NCBI RefSeq assembly: GCF_037042905.1
Contig: NC_087245.1
Span: 17,176,001 to 17,240,000 of the forward strand
Direction: 5' to 3'
DNA: 64,000 bases
Source of the DNA: Lytechinus pictus
Lineage: Eukaryota
Part shown: positions 25,942 through 38,098 of the stretch, piece by piece
Numbering within the stretch: the stretch's first letter is position 1
How the letters are laid out: each line of letters starts with the position of its first letter
The notes under the pieces: model-generated
The model's input: the letters and a program-made list of their open reading frames with translations, nothing else
Told to the model about the DNA's origin: nothing
Databases searched by the model: none
Position numbers and translations under genes: made by a program

Positions 25942-27036
25942 TATTATCTAGGAGAGTAATTTAGCACAGGATGTTCATAGAAATCGGGGCTCACGCGCGT
26001 CTTTTGATTTGACATTTGAATACTTTCAAAGGTTCCGGTATTGATTTCTTATGGGTGACCCAGGTAAAGAGAAAACAATTTGCCCCCCCTACAGAAAAAT
26101 CCTGCATCCGCCCAGGGCCTCCCCAGCTCGTAGCACTATCCGTGGTAAAAGAAATAATTTGCTCAGATAACATAGTGTACAATAATATGCGTGGTATAAA
26201 GACATGTAATATTCAACCCGTTATAATCGTTATCATTTTCATTTCTACTCTCTAAAGTCGTTTTAAAATCCCCTTCGATAGTGACGTCAATGATGCAGCA
26301 ACTAAACAGGTCGGTCTGATCGGTTTTGTTAATGTATCCATTTCTTTCTTTTCCTCAAAACATCTTGAGACGAATAAAGCGGTATTATCGGCCGTTTTAA
26401 TTATCACATGTATTTGTTTTGCTTCTTCCTATTTTATTCGAGGAGAATATTGAACGATTCATATTTTTGTGAGAAGTTTGAATATGATATTGATAAGCAT
26501 AACAATGTCAATCATTCTTTTTTTATGGTTTGGGCTATAAAAACACAAACGAATATGAACCGTTATTTACCTGATCTTAAGTTTATGAAGAGAGAGTTTG
26601 GCTGCAGAAGGAATGCAATTGATATGATTACAACAATTATTTTTGAATAATAATCATAATGATGATGATGATTCTGATGGTAATAACATTAATAATAAGA
26701 AGGTGAAGGAGAATAACAATGATAATAATAGCAATAACAATAATGATAACAATGATTACGATAATAGTAATACTAATAATGATAATAATAAAAATAATAA
26801 ATGAATAAATAAATAATGAGTGTGATAATTGCAGTGCGATGAGAGTTGGAAATGACAGCCTTCTTTACTCATATATTTATAACGAGAACAATTTTGTGAG
26901 AATGCTAAAAAAACAAAGTATAAGACCTCCCCCCCCCCCCCACCCCCCAAAAATCTCCCCCAAACCTTGCACATTTGCAGGCAGTAAAAAGCCTTGACAC
27001 AAGAATACTACCATACCGACACAAGAATACTACCAT

Positions 27037-27961
27037 ACTCGCCTTTGCTCTGCCCATAGAATTACGTGTATTGCTACACACAACCTTTATATCACACGTG
27101 TCTATAGGGGAAATCTTGATTCAGATCGCGGCAATATCCGAAATCAACTCTTCAAAATAATGATGCAAAAATGCCATTTTACTCAAAAAATGTCTATGTA
27201 AACCACTATTTTTTATATAACAAAATCACTTGTAAATTCCTTGCCAATATAACAACATAAAAAACACAGAATATAGTGTTGATTTTCTGGCTGTAAAATT
27301 GGTTAAACAAAAAAAAGTTACTTGGGCAACTATAGCTGCCAGTGGCACTAGAGGGCTATGGGCAACTATAGCTGCCAATGGCTCTGCCAACGTCTTTCGG
27401 ATGGTGACGTTAAAGGTCGGTCCCAGACGTAAATAATCATATCTGATTGATACACGTCTGACAAAACTCAAATACACACACACACACACATGCAAAAGAA
27501 CCGATCGATAGCTCATGAATATTCATAAACAATAGCGAATGGGCGAGTAGCGTTGGGTGAGAGACATCGTACCGCTCTGTCATTGGTCAATTCTGAGCTG
27601 AATGCCTTCGCACACTCGCCTTTGCTCTGCCCATAGAATTACGTGTATTGCTACACACAACCTTTATATCACACGTGTCTATAGGGGAAATCTTGATTCA
27701 GATCGCGGCAATATCCGAAATCAACTCTTCAAAATAATGATGCAAAAATGCCATTTTACTCAAAAAATGTCTATGTAAACCACTATTTTTTATATAACAA
27801 ATCACTTGTAAATTCCTTGCCAATATAACAACATAAAAAACACAGAATATAGTGTTGATTTTCTGGCTGTAAAATTGGTTAAACAAAAAAAAGTTACTTG
27901 GGCAACTATAGCTGCCAGTGGCACTAGAGGGCTATGGGCAACTATAGCTGCCAATGGCTCT
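27037..27961 (+). repeat. Near-identical ~349-bp direct repeat (27037-27385 and 27614-27961)
   Basis: Both copies run ACTCGCCTTTGCTCTGCCC...GCCAATGGCTCT; I see only a 1-nt A-run indel between them. Confidence 0.92.
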
Positions 27962-28029
27962 TAAAGAGTTAAACCATCAGTACTTCAAGTCTGGAGCAGT
28001 TTTCTTCATGTCGATTTGTAATAAAATGT

Positions 28030-29990
28030 CACAATTATTGGAGCAATATTCTGAAACCAGCAGGCCAAAAACCTGCCTGTATGTCTAAAATGCAGTGCCT
28101 CAAATTATTTAAAACCAAGAAAATGATTTTAATGAATTTTCATGACAGTCGATCCTCTCTAGATTTCAAGATGGTGGCCATTTTGCAGCATATCTATTGG
28201 ACAGATTTCAATATCCCTAGATGCCAAATTTTAAAATAATACATTACGTGATACTAGATAAAGTGATTTTTTTTTCGATGATCTTTTTTAATGGCAGCTA
28301 TCTTGGATTTCATGATGGCTGACATTTTGCTTCTGACTCAGGGGATCAGATCGCTGAGGGCCAGCAATATTTGATATAAGCACCCCACACTCCGTCGATA
28401 TGTCAAAGTGCAATACTGCAGATCATATAAAACTCAAAGAAATAATTTACAGCCTCTCAACGGAAAATGATTGTTCCGGATGGTTATTATTCAACCAAAG
28501 CCACTTCAAATGTGTAACTGCAGAAGAAGCTAGCTGGTTTGTGTATTCATGGTGTTTCATACTTACGTTACATCTATATCAGCAGTTAAGGGTGCCAAAG
28601 TATTATAATCCTTGCAACGGACAAAGATGTGGTTGTGTTGGATTTGTTTTCAGTGCCAATACAATGGGTTTTACTCACCATTATAATGTTGTACATCATT
28701 CAAACTTGGTAACCATATTGGAATTCAAAATAGCATCTATTTATTATGTTTTTTTCATTGATCAACGATGCAAATATCAAGTTTTTCTCCAAATTCAAAG
28801 TGTTAAAGGCCATACGTGAGACTTGAGCAAATTATCTTTCATGGCAGCCATCTTGTATTTCAAAATGGCAAACAGGGGTCTGACAATAATCAGTGCCTAA
28901 ATATATGCCTATATGACAACTTTCAGGGCCAGATTTCATATAAAACTCAAGACAATTATTATTGCTTTTAATTCATGGCGGTTATTTTGCCAAAACCCGG
29001 TGGTTACAGGCTGGTGGCCGGCAAAAATCAGTGCCACGTACTTCTGTATGCCAAAGTTTGGTGTCATATATAATGTAAAATCCAAGAAAATTATTTTGAT
29101 ATGGTTTTTCATTGCAGCCATCTTGCCGCTGAACTGATGGTCAGATCACTTGTAGTTGGCAATATTTGAAATCAGCACCCCAAAATAGGTACTCTATTTG
29201 CCAAAGTTCAGAGCACATGTAAAATTAAAGAAAATGATCTTAAGTGATTTTCATGGCGGCCATCTTAGATTTCAAGATGGCGGCTATTTGAAATAAGTGC
29301 CCTAAACTACACCTACACTGTATATGCTAAATTTCAATACCATAGCTCATTCAAAACTAGAGAAAATTCATGGCGGCCATCTTGGATTTCAAAATGGCGG
29401 CCATTTAGCAGCCGGCCAAATGGTCAAATTGCTGGGGGCCGGCAATATTTGAAATCAGTGCCTAAAAATACCCCAACATACCAAATTTCAGTGTCACACG
29501 TCATGTAAAACTCAAGAAAGTGACATTAATGATTTCTCATGGCGCCCATCTAAGATTTCAAAATGGCGGCCGACCCGATGGTCAAATCACTTGGGGCCGG
29601 CAATATTTGAAATCAGCACCCCAAATTATGCCTATATGCCAAATTTCAATACTGCAGTTCATATAAAACTCGAGAAAATGATTGCAATAATATATCATGG
29701 CCGCCATCTTGGATTTCAAGATGGCGGCCATTTTGCCGCCAACCAAATGATCAAATTGCTGGGGGCTGGCAATATTTGAAATCAGTGCCTCAAAATACCC
29801 CTATATGCCAAATTTCAGTGTCACATGTCATGTAAAACTCAAGAAATTGACATTTAATGATTTTTCATGGCGGCCATCTTGGATTTCAAAATAGCGGCCG
29901 ACCCGATGGTCAAATCGCTTGGGGCCGGCAATTTTTGAAATCAGCGCCCGAAAATACCCCTGTATGCCAAATTTCATACTTTCTGCCAGA
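28030..29990 (-). repeat. Right-arm tandem array, reverse complement of the left arm
   Basis: CATGGCGGCCATCTTGGATTTCAAAATGGCGGCC-type units at about 29870, 29700, 29540, 29370, 29255; 28040-28210 is the reverse complement of 22820-22985. Confidence 0.9.
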
Positions 29991-30360
29991 TTCGAGCATC
30001 TTTTTCACATATCTACTGGACTAATATAAATTTAGAGCAAGAGTGAAGGAGTTTCTCTTTTGAGAAAAAAAAATGAAGAATAAAAATTAAAAAAACAACA
30101 CAAAGCTACCGCTATCTTTCTTCCCTTTCCTCCCTTCCTTTTTCCTTTTCTCCTCTCTCTTTTTCCCTTCTTTTTTTTTTTTTTTGGGGGGACGTTTTTT
30201 TTGGGGGCGACCGCCCCCACCGTTCCCCCCTGGTACATACATACATACAAAGTTGATATTGTTATGCTCGGAGTCAGAAAACAAAACATATTCTGGGCTA
30301 ATATATCAATATATTTATCAATGAAAAAAAATTGAATGAAAAGTCTGACACACCTCGCTC

Positions 30361-30371
30361 GGACTCGAACC
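30361..30371 (-). promoter_or_regulatory. Consensus Pol III B box downstream of 7SL
   Basis: GGTTCGAGTCC on the minus strand matches GGTTCGANTCC exactly; same orientation as 7SL, 17 nt past the terminator. Confidence 0.5.
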
Positions 30372-30388
30372 AGGATCATCTCGGCAAC

Positions 30389-30393
30389 AAAAA
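30389..30393 (-). terminator. Pol III oligo-T terminator of the 7SL gene
   Basis: T5 run immediately after the 7SL 3' end on the minus strand. Confidence 0.75.
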
Positions 30394-30691
30394 CAGGATT
30401 GGGTCTCACTGTGTTGAACGGGCTGCAAGCCGCCGACTATTCACAGGCGCTATCCCACTACTGCTCCACACGGGGACTTTTGCCTGCTGCGTTTCCGCCC
30501 TGGGCCAGTACGTCCCTCCTTAGACGACCTGGTTGCCCGATCCTCCGACCAAGTAACCATATCGATGCCGAGCTTAGCGCGGACGCCCGATCGCCATAGA
30601 ACGACGACATACAGGACTCCCGCTCTCAAACGATCCACCAACCCCGACCTCCAAGTAGCTGGATTACAGGCGCACGCCACAACGCCCGGTC
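30394..30691 (-). ncRNA. RN7SL: Signal recognition particle RNA (7SL), full length
   Basis: Minus strand starts GACCGGGCGTTGTGGCGTGCGCCTGTAATCCAGCTACT (Alu domain). It contains the helix-8 motif CCCAGGGCGGAAACGCAGCAGG and CAGTAGTGGGATAGCGCCTGTGAATAG, ends ...CAACACAGTGAGACCC followed by TTTTT, and is about 298 nt and colinear with vertebrate 7SL. Confidence 0.95.
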
Positions 30692-31270
30692 GAAATCCCA
30701 GAGCGAAATTAAGGACATATCTCTCTTGACTTCTTTTTTTATTGTCCTATTGAGGGCGCTTACATTTATTGATAATGGGGGATTATTTGCCGATTATTTT
30801 GCCACTGTGCCGACGGGAGTCGCATTGTAGGACTGAATATTCTAAGTTCATCTAAATCAATTTCACTTGATAAGATTAATTATATATTCATAATTCTTTT
30901 TCTTTATTTCATCGGAAGACATGTATCAGCTTCTACTCGACCAAATTTACGCTTCATCGATTTATTTTCACCAAAACCATATTTATAAAACCAATTTAGT
31001 GTCTTTTTAAACTATTAATCAATATTTTAATTTCAACTTTATTTATATTATTGTTATATAAAATCAGCTCATTCTTGTATAGCCGTCCTCACATTTCGTG
31101 TCGGGTCTTAAATTATGTAATTTCATATCTCAAACTTGAAACTGTCTTGATAAATTAATAAATATTTATATATATACATTATGTTGGCCAAATATCAAGC
31201 ACAAATTTAGACTGCCTCTAAAAAAAAGACTCTGTTAATCCTCATTTGCTAGTTCTGCATGGTATAACAA

Positions 31271-33737
31271 CAGTGGCGTACCTGGCATATTTCGTCAGGG
31301 GGGGGGCAAGCGACAACTTGAATGAGCAAGGTGGAGGGGGGGTAGTAGGCATGGACGTATAGGCACAATTTTTCAAGGGGGGCTGATAATCATTGCCAAA
31401 ATATCAACTTCACAGTTTTTAATTTTCGAGCGAGCGAAGCGAGCGAACATTTTTTAAATTATAATTTAGCCTTTTTACATGATATGAACATGCAAAAATT
31501 ATATATTCGGTCATAAAATTACCAATACACGAGGATGTTTGGGCACCTCGCAGTCCCTGTTGTCCTGCATTTTGCAGCCCACCCCCATACACGTTTGGAT
31601 GTGTTGGTCTGGAAGTGGCACTGAAGGTGGGAAAGGTTATCCAGGGGTGCCCAATAAAACAGTTGGAATCTTGCTACTACTGATATTTGCTATCGGGCGA
31701 TTGCACTTTATTGTCGAAATTAATTCTTTTTTTGTATATCATTCCAGAAATGAACTGTATTGGATCGTGATCGATATATTTCTAATCAAGTGGTAATTGC
31801 AATATTTATATTAAAATACTTCTTTTATTCCTCTTTGAAGGTGTTTACATTATGTTCCCAATTCTGCTCATTTGGAGACGTTATAAAAGAGGTATTTGAC
31901 ATTGAAATCAGTTGTGTTCATGTATTAATTTGCATTTGTTTTATTTCCATACATTCACTCATAAAAAAATAAATATGAACGTGAAAATATATGCGACAGT
32001 AACATGATATATCACTAGCTATATGGAGAAAATCACTCACACACTGACAACAATGTCAGAAGGTTGAGGGAATTGAAATTGGAAAATATAGATAGGCGGA
32101 CGAAGGGATCGGGTACATAGGATAGAAAGGGAGGACGGTAATAACCAGAGGAATGTGTAAGCAGGGGTATAGCTAGGCCTTTACCGAGATATCAGTACCG
32201 ATTACTGACGTCCGACGACCAATACTCATCTATATCCAACCCAGGGGCAGATCCAGGGTTTTCAAGTGGAACATTTTGTTTACAAAAAAATGACAAGCCC
32301 CACCCCCAAAAAGTCTTCACTTTTACTTGCACGTGCCTAACAACTTACACTAAAATTATATAAAAATGATAATTGCGAGCGCGAAGCGCGAGCTGTAATT
32401 TTCTAAAAAATTTGGACCTAAAACGATACATTTGTGCACTTAACTATGAATAGGATGGGTATCTTCCTTAATAAATTATGCGAGCGCGAAGCGCGAGCTA
32501 AAAATGTTGATATTCCTAACTGGACACTAGACATTCTAAGCAGTTTTACAAAATGGGTATCTATAACAGTCGTGCGGGCGCAAAGCGCGAGCTAAAACTT
32601 TTGATATTCCGACTTAAGAACTGGATATTCTAAGCACTTTTAGTAACCATGAACAAATCGGTTTCTAACTGAATAATTAATTGATGCGAGCGCAAAGAGC
32701 GAGCTGAAATTTGAGATATTCCCCCCTGAAAAGTGAACATTCTAAGCACCTTTTTTTCAAACTATGAACAAGATGGTAGTTAAAAACAATTAATTGGTGT
32801 GAGCGCGAGCGCGAGCTGAAAACTTGAAAACTTTACATTCTATCTAATTATGAACAGAATGGAACTTTATGCGAGTGCGAAGCTCGAGCTGAAATGTTTG
32901 ATATTCCGACCTAAGAACTTGATATTTTACATGTTCTAAGCAATTTTTGTAACCGTGATCAAATTGGTTTCTAATTACATATTTTTTATATTTTTGATTT
33001 GTTATATTCCGACCTGAAAACCGGACATTCTAACCACTTCATTTATCTATGAACAGGATGGATATACCTAAATAGTTATACGATAGTTAACACGAAGCGC
33101 GAGCTGAAATTTTTTATTATTCCGGCCTAAGAACTGGATATTATAAGCACTTTTTGTAACCGTGAACAAATTGGTTTCTAACTAATCAATTGACGCGAGC
33201 GCGAAGTGCGAGCTGAAATTTTTTGATATTTCAACCTGAAAACTAGACATTGATCATAGGTATCCGACTAAAAAATTGATGCGAGCGCTACGCGCGAAAT
33301 TTTTATTGTTATAATTATTTTACCTAAAAGTTGTTCTCTAACTTTTTCCTGTCCCTGGTCAGCCCAGTCCGTCCTCACTATCGAAACAGAGAGCTCTAAA
33401 AGTTGCATTGCGTAAAGATCACAATTTACCGATAAAAGTGTACAGTTTAATTGACATTTACCGACAAAGATGGTGGAACTAAAAAACCAAATCAGTTGGA
33501 ACAGCCCCGAGTGCCCGACAGTTAATCATTTTTTCCGACAGTCTGCAGTCCAGTTTTTGTTTTCCCTTTTTTCGTAAACTCTTTCTTCTTTTTCCCCTTC
33601 CCCTTTTTCTCTCTTTCCTTTTTCCTCTTTTCTTTTTTCTTTCCCTTTTTTCGCTTCCTTTTTTTTGTTGCTTGTGACTCGTCAGGGGGGGGGGGGGGGG
33701 CAGTATGCCCCCACCCCCCCCCGTAGGTACGCTAGTG
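31271..33737. mobile_element. hAT-type non-autonomous element, copy 1
   Basis: 8-bp TSD TATAACAA on both sides; TIRs CAGTGGCGTACCT / AGGTACGCTAGTG; internal ~100-bp tandem units with GCGCGAAGCGCGAGCTG. Confidence 0.85.
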
Positions 33738-36072
33738 TATAACAACTTTATATTTTTTACATTTTCTTCTAAAGTTAAATTCCTTAGTGACCCTTATTTT
33801 CCTCTAATATGCATATTATTTTATACATCTGAAGCAACATCAAGGCACATTCACTACGCTCACTTGCCGTAAGCTTTAAGTCTCCCCTATATACTTACAA
33901 AACCTTTCAAAGACGGGCCGTCATTCAGTCTTCTAACTTCTGAAAATCTGCTCGCTTGCTTCGCTCGCTCGTACATTAAAATGTATGTACGGTCAGCCCC
34001 AATTGTAATTCAGTAGTTTATATGACAACATATTGTCACCACCAACAGCCCCCAAAATTGTGATATAGACGGGTACATAGTATCATGTACGTGTTTTACA
34101 TAGACATGTGGGGGGTATATTCTCCCCGGAATTTTCAGCTCATTATACCCCCCCCCCCCCCTCCAATTGCTTGGACCAGATTTACGCCTCTTTGAACATG
34201 TTGGAAACAGTCTTTATGAATAGCGGTCTTGAGAATCACTGGCCCTTGGTGAACAACCCTCCTTGTAAGTCGACCTTACCCCCAATCCACCCCACGAATG
34301 GATAAAATACCCCGATAATCATACCCATTCAAGAAAGTTATTGTGTAAGGCCTATATGTTTTCGTGGTGTGGACGTGGTGGCTGCATTCTCTACTATGAA
34401 ATCTTCATGACCGACAGAGGCTCGCAACTGAATACTTTCTAAGGTAAAGGTAAGAAAAAATCTTAGTTTTGCTTAAATAGATGAAGTTATTGTGGCGCTT
34501 TGATCTTATTTTGGTATCGCTATAAGTTGGTAGGTAATTAGTGATTGCGTCAAGGAAAAGGTTATTTCTTTTCGGAAAGTGCTAAGACGGAAAAACGAAA
34601 TTCTACAGATTCTTCCATCACCATATGGCGTGATCTCTACTTGTCTGACATAATTGACTACATGTTCAATTACGTTCGAATTTCATAAGCTTTATAAACA
34701 AAAGTGATCATTTACAACCAGATAGCTTGCCAAGGACCTATTAAGTGTAGCAGCAAAATATATATGTATGGAAACTGAATTTTAAGTATTTTACTTCATT
34801 CAGTACAGTAATACCAATGTTAAAAGCATATCTCGGTAAAACAAGAAAACGAGAAGATAACTCGATAATTTGAAGCGCTGAGTTAACAGTATTTTGTTTT
34901 TTATATTGATCATAACAATTCCTATAACGAGCAATACATCTGACATTTCATTGAGTATGTTCTTTTATTTTACTTTGAGATGCTACAACAAGGCAAACAT
35001 ATTGTTTTTGGAAACGGGTCGGTCTAACATATACATGGAGTTCAGTTTGGACACTATATATTCCATCGCTTTAATCCAGTGATCTCCCAAGCATGCCTTT
35101 ACATAGTCCACGTCTTGGACGATCTCTATTGATTGGACTAGCCTTTACAATGCATTAAACCACGCATTGCATAACCCCATTGAATATATAGTCTCATCTT
35201 CTTTTGTGGACGCCTTTCAATTTTCGCATGCAAAAACCATGTAAAGTACATTGTAGTAAAGTACATGATGCGCTCGGAAAGTGGACGGACCAATGGTCCA
35301 AAGAGGCATATGTCCAACATTCAATGGGGGCCTGGCTAGACCGGGCTGATCATACTTTAAACCATGGAGCTATTAATAGCTCTATGTTTAAACATTGCCA
35401 GACAAGAGACAAAGGAAAATGATGAAGAGAGACTGGTGAAATTTCATCCACCCACGGAGGGGGGGGGGGGGGAATCAAGTCCTATCAACCATTATTGGCG
35501 ACCTGCATGCATACAACTTATCACTTTGATTTCACTCACCGTTTGGGCCTATACCAAGACGTCACCATCATATTTACATAAAACTATCGAATCATAACAA
35601 ACTCGTATTAAGCATAGAAATTCGTTATAAGTTCATCATTTATAAAATACAGACTCTAATAATATAAAAACCATTGATCAGTATGCATTCATGTAGTAGA
35701 AACGTGCGCATATTAAAGTGTTATAAGAGTTAAACGCCTTAATTAGAAAGAAGTATAAACTTCTCAGTGAAGTTTCTATTCATTCCCGGAGGGGCTGACT
35801 AGGCCTTCAGACCTTTAATGAACGTACTTGGCCACAATATTAAAAATGACACTCTTTCAGTTTGTGCAGTCATGGTTTCAATAGAGCTTGGCTTGGGTCC
35901 GGGCTTGGGTGTTGGCTTGAGAAAGCCATATAGTTAACTTCTAATTGTAAACACCCCCTTTATGACTATTGTATCTTCGCAGTTCGATCTTTCAATACCC
36001 TCGATCCAAAACCAGTTTCAATAGTTCAAAGCCTCCAATTTGTAAGAACAGTTTTAAATTTCCTAATCATAA

Positions 36073-36085
36073 ATATATATATATT

Positions 36086-36137
<52 letters not shown>

Positions 36138-36207
36138 ATATATATATATATATACAAATAGGGAGTATGAAACATAATATATATATATGTAGTATATATT
36201 TATATAT

Positions 36208-36270
<63 letters not shown>

Positions 36271-36395
36271 GTGTGTATATATATAATATAAATATATATT
36301 TATTTATATATTTGTATATATTTATATTATACATTTATTATATATTATATATTTATTATATATTATATATTTATATATATATATATATATATATA
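36073..36395. repeat. Interrupted (TA)n microsatellite
   Basis: Direct inspection. Confidence 0.95.
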
Positions 36396-36396
36396 C

Positions 36397-36635
36397 TATT
36401 TTCGCGTTCACTAAAGACTTCCCCAACACTTTCCTCATTTGAGAATTGGTAAAAACTTACCTATTCTAATTTTTCTGTAAGGTTTCCATATAATGTTCAT
36501 AATTTTGTAGTTATTATTCTTATGTTTCATACTCCCTATTTGTGTTCTGTTATTCTTTCTTTCTTTAATGCGCTTTGTATCTGATGAAAAGGCGCTATAT
36601 AAATGAAGTGTATTATGATTATCATCATTATTATA
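36397..36635 (+). mobile_element. LINE (L2-like) 3' remnant
   Basis: Encodes ...LKTSPTLSSF / LVKTYLF* (typical L2/CR1 ORF2 end); tail GCGCTTTG...GGCGCTATATAAAT plus (ATT)n-like repeats. Confidence 0.6.
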
Positions 36636-38098
36636 TTGATTTCTACATGGCGGAGACATTTTAGTTATATATATGTATTTTAGAGCTTAATTTAGAATAT
36701 TTCTTATTTCAAAATAATAACTTACAGTAGAAGAACATCTTATATGAAATGATTGATAACTAAATTACCTAACTTACCTTCAGCTCTTGTTTTGTAAATT
36801 ATATAGTACAGTGGTTTTAATGTTTCCTTTAATTTGGGTATTGTTTTTAACTACTTAGGAGACACATTTATCGGTATTGCATACTTGAATATAATATAGC
36901 AGAAACATAGTCATGTAAGAAATTTCAATGAATTAAATGAAATATAATTGATAAACTTATTATTCGCTTCCCTTTATAATACTAGTTTGTTTTACATGTT
37001 TTATGTAATATGTTATTTAGTTTATGTCCATTTTTCTCTTGTTATTAGAATAGTAATTTGGCACATCATTCTAGTATATCAGTATATAGTCATAGTCATA
37101 GTATAATGTCACAATTAAGTATTCGTTTACTTTCGTAATATCGCTTGTAAATTAAAATACTAAATGTTCGTTTAATTTGTTCCATCTATCTCGGAGTACT
37201 ATACTTTTCTATGGGAGACTCGGAAATGAATTAAATCGCTATCGAAAGTTCACATCTATCTTTATGTTCGGAATAAAATTCTTTTGGAGTGTATTTTGTT
37301 CCCCGAACTCGACCGAACTATCTCGTGTTTAGTGAGGCAGCCACATCAGGTTTTGTGAGTCTATAAAACAGATGCTGTTATCATTTGACAAATATTTCTT
37401 GTATTCCCTTCAGAATACAAACACTGTTTGCAAAACCAAAGGAGATAACATATGTGGGTTTTGTGTCAAAATGTATAATTCCTAATAATGATTATGATAA
37501 TACTTTGGATATCTTGATCTCATGCTGTGTTTTGGGGCCTAAAGTTGTATTCTATTTCATCCTTTGGGCAGTTATGCACCGCAGGTTAATATTATGTTCT
37601 TGCATTCAAATCACTTGTTATTATCAGCAATGTGGCAAAATTGAACGAGGTTTTCATATTGACAATTTGGAAACTATATTTGCCCTCATGCCCCCCCCTT
37701 ATGATCCTTAAACAATAGGGCACCTTTCTTGTCAATTTCATAAGTGCAAAATTGAAAAATGTACGTTGTAAAAACGCTGTTTAAAAGTTTAAGCACGTTG
37801 TTTAAGCCGGTCACTTTAACAACTATTGCTTGAACCAACTGTTTTTAAACAAGTTATTTATAGTCTAAGCAGTTACAAAAGAGTTTAAACAACTTGTTGT
37901 TAGAGTGACAGTCTTAAACAATGTGCTATTTTTTCCGTGTAAAATATCGGTCTCTAGCGAGGACTGCGGGCCCCCTCAAGACTGCAAAAAAAAAAACACA
38001 ACAAAAACAGCTTTAATCAGCCAATTGGGAGAAATGTGGCTGAAAACATTTTTACAATATTTATAATATTGTAAATAATATATTTACAATATTGTGCC

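Larger units (their letters stand above)
24233..27968. mobile_element. piggyBac-like (TTAA) non-autonomous element nested in the foldback element
   Basis: TTAA flanks; short imperfect TIR CTCTTACTCTGCCA / reverse complement CTCTTTAAGAGCCA; first ~540 bp recur from 63456 with the same TTAA boundary; no transposase ORF. Confidence 0.6.
20789..30024. mobile_element. Large foldback DNA transposon, probably non-autonomous Academ-derived
   Basis: TTAGT...ACTAA termini with TAT on both flanks; inverted arms of about 2 kb made of tandem units; degenerate transposase-like peptides inside (EEA..IH...IIILATDKDVVVL; MYG...DINHL...Cys-rich tail). Superfamily assignment is inference. Confidence 0.7.
19596..30232. 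mobile_element. hAT-type non-autonomous element split by a 9.2-kb nested insertion
   Basis: Perfect 8-bp duplication GTACATAC at 19588-19595 and 30233-30240. Segments 19596-20788 and 30025-30232 join to match the uninterrupted relative at 39456-40768. Confidence 0.8.

Noticed and set aside
30336..30680. ORFs 30332-30523, 30336-30599 and 30450-30680; also a primate-type Alu
   Set aside because: GC-rich 7SL RNA explains the open frames; the S domain is intact, so it is not an Alu
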